Assembly (NCBI RefSeq): GCF_030144855.1
Contig: NC_082721.1
Location: 62,062,001 to 62,126,000, forward strand
Length of the DNA: 64,000 nucleotides
Direction: 5' to 3'
DNA from: Hypanus sabinus
Lineage: Eukaryota
Shown: positions 63,876 through 64,000 of the stretch, one piece after another
How the letters are laid out: each line of letters starts with the position of its first letter
How positions within the stretch are numbered: the stretch's first letter is position 1
The notes under the pieces: model-generated
Told to the model about the DNA's origin: nothing
What the model saw: the letters and a program-made list of their open reading frames with translations, nothing else
The model's database searches: none
Translations under genes and position numbers: made by a program

Positions 63876-64000
63876 ATTCAAGTTTATATATAACTAACAG
63901 TTCATCTCTGTGCAACAGGAGAACACACATCAAAATACAATAGTCTCTGCTTTATTATTTCCTACATTATTATTGTGTATACTATTATTCTGTACTTTAT

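Larger units (their letters stand above)
7836..64000 (-). other. Probable large upstream intron of the CAMSAP gene (>56 kb)
   Basis: No upstream CAMSAP exon (expected DPFYxDQYxQEHxKPP-type peptide) appears in the minus-strand ORF track or by reading. The region is dominated by interspersed repeats. Confidence 0.6.

Overview
Vertebrate genomic DNA, not prokaryotic. The repeat content (HE1/V-SINE-type SINEs, CR1-clade LINEs, Rex1/Babar LINEs, Penelope-type tails) points to a cartilaginous fish, probably a ray; this is an inference from repeat families. I can support only one host exon: a 162-bp phase-0/phase-0 exon on the minus strand (7674-7835) encoding GAHLSVIDALMAAF...LLLWVDK, the exon-3 equivalent of a CAMSAP gene, most like CAMSAP3. 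No flanking CAMSAP exon is recognisable, so the rest of the window appears to be intron (>56 kb upstream, >7.6 kb downstream) densely filled with nested transposons. These include CR1 and Rex1/Babar LINE fragments, tRNA-head SINEs with three different tails, a Gypsy LTR remnant, Tc1 elements (one internally scrambled), hAT MITEs and a Tigger-like remnant. There is also a G4-prone minisatellite, an 82-bp tandem array and an old ~1.3-1.9 kb tandem duplication. The most interesting signal is a family of about 15-20 short Penelope-type elements whose consensus reads as a minimal type I hammerhead ribozyme (CAGTC-CTGATGA-AGGGTCTCGGCCC-GAAA-CG-TC-GACTG), often arranged as inverted pairs. Most ORFs in the supplied track are TE remnants or noise. 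Boundaries of degraded repeats are approximate, read by eye.
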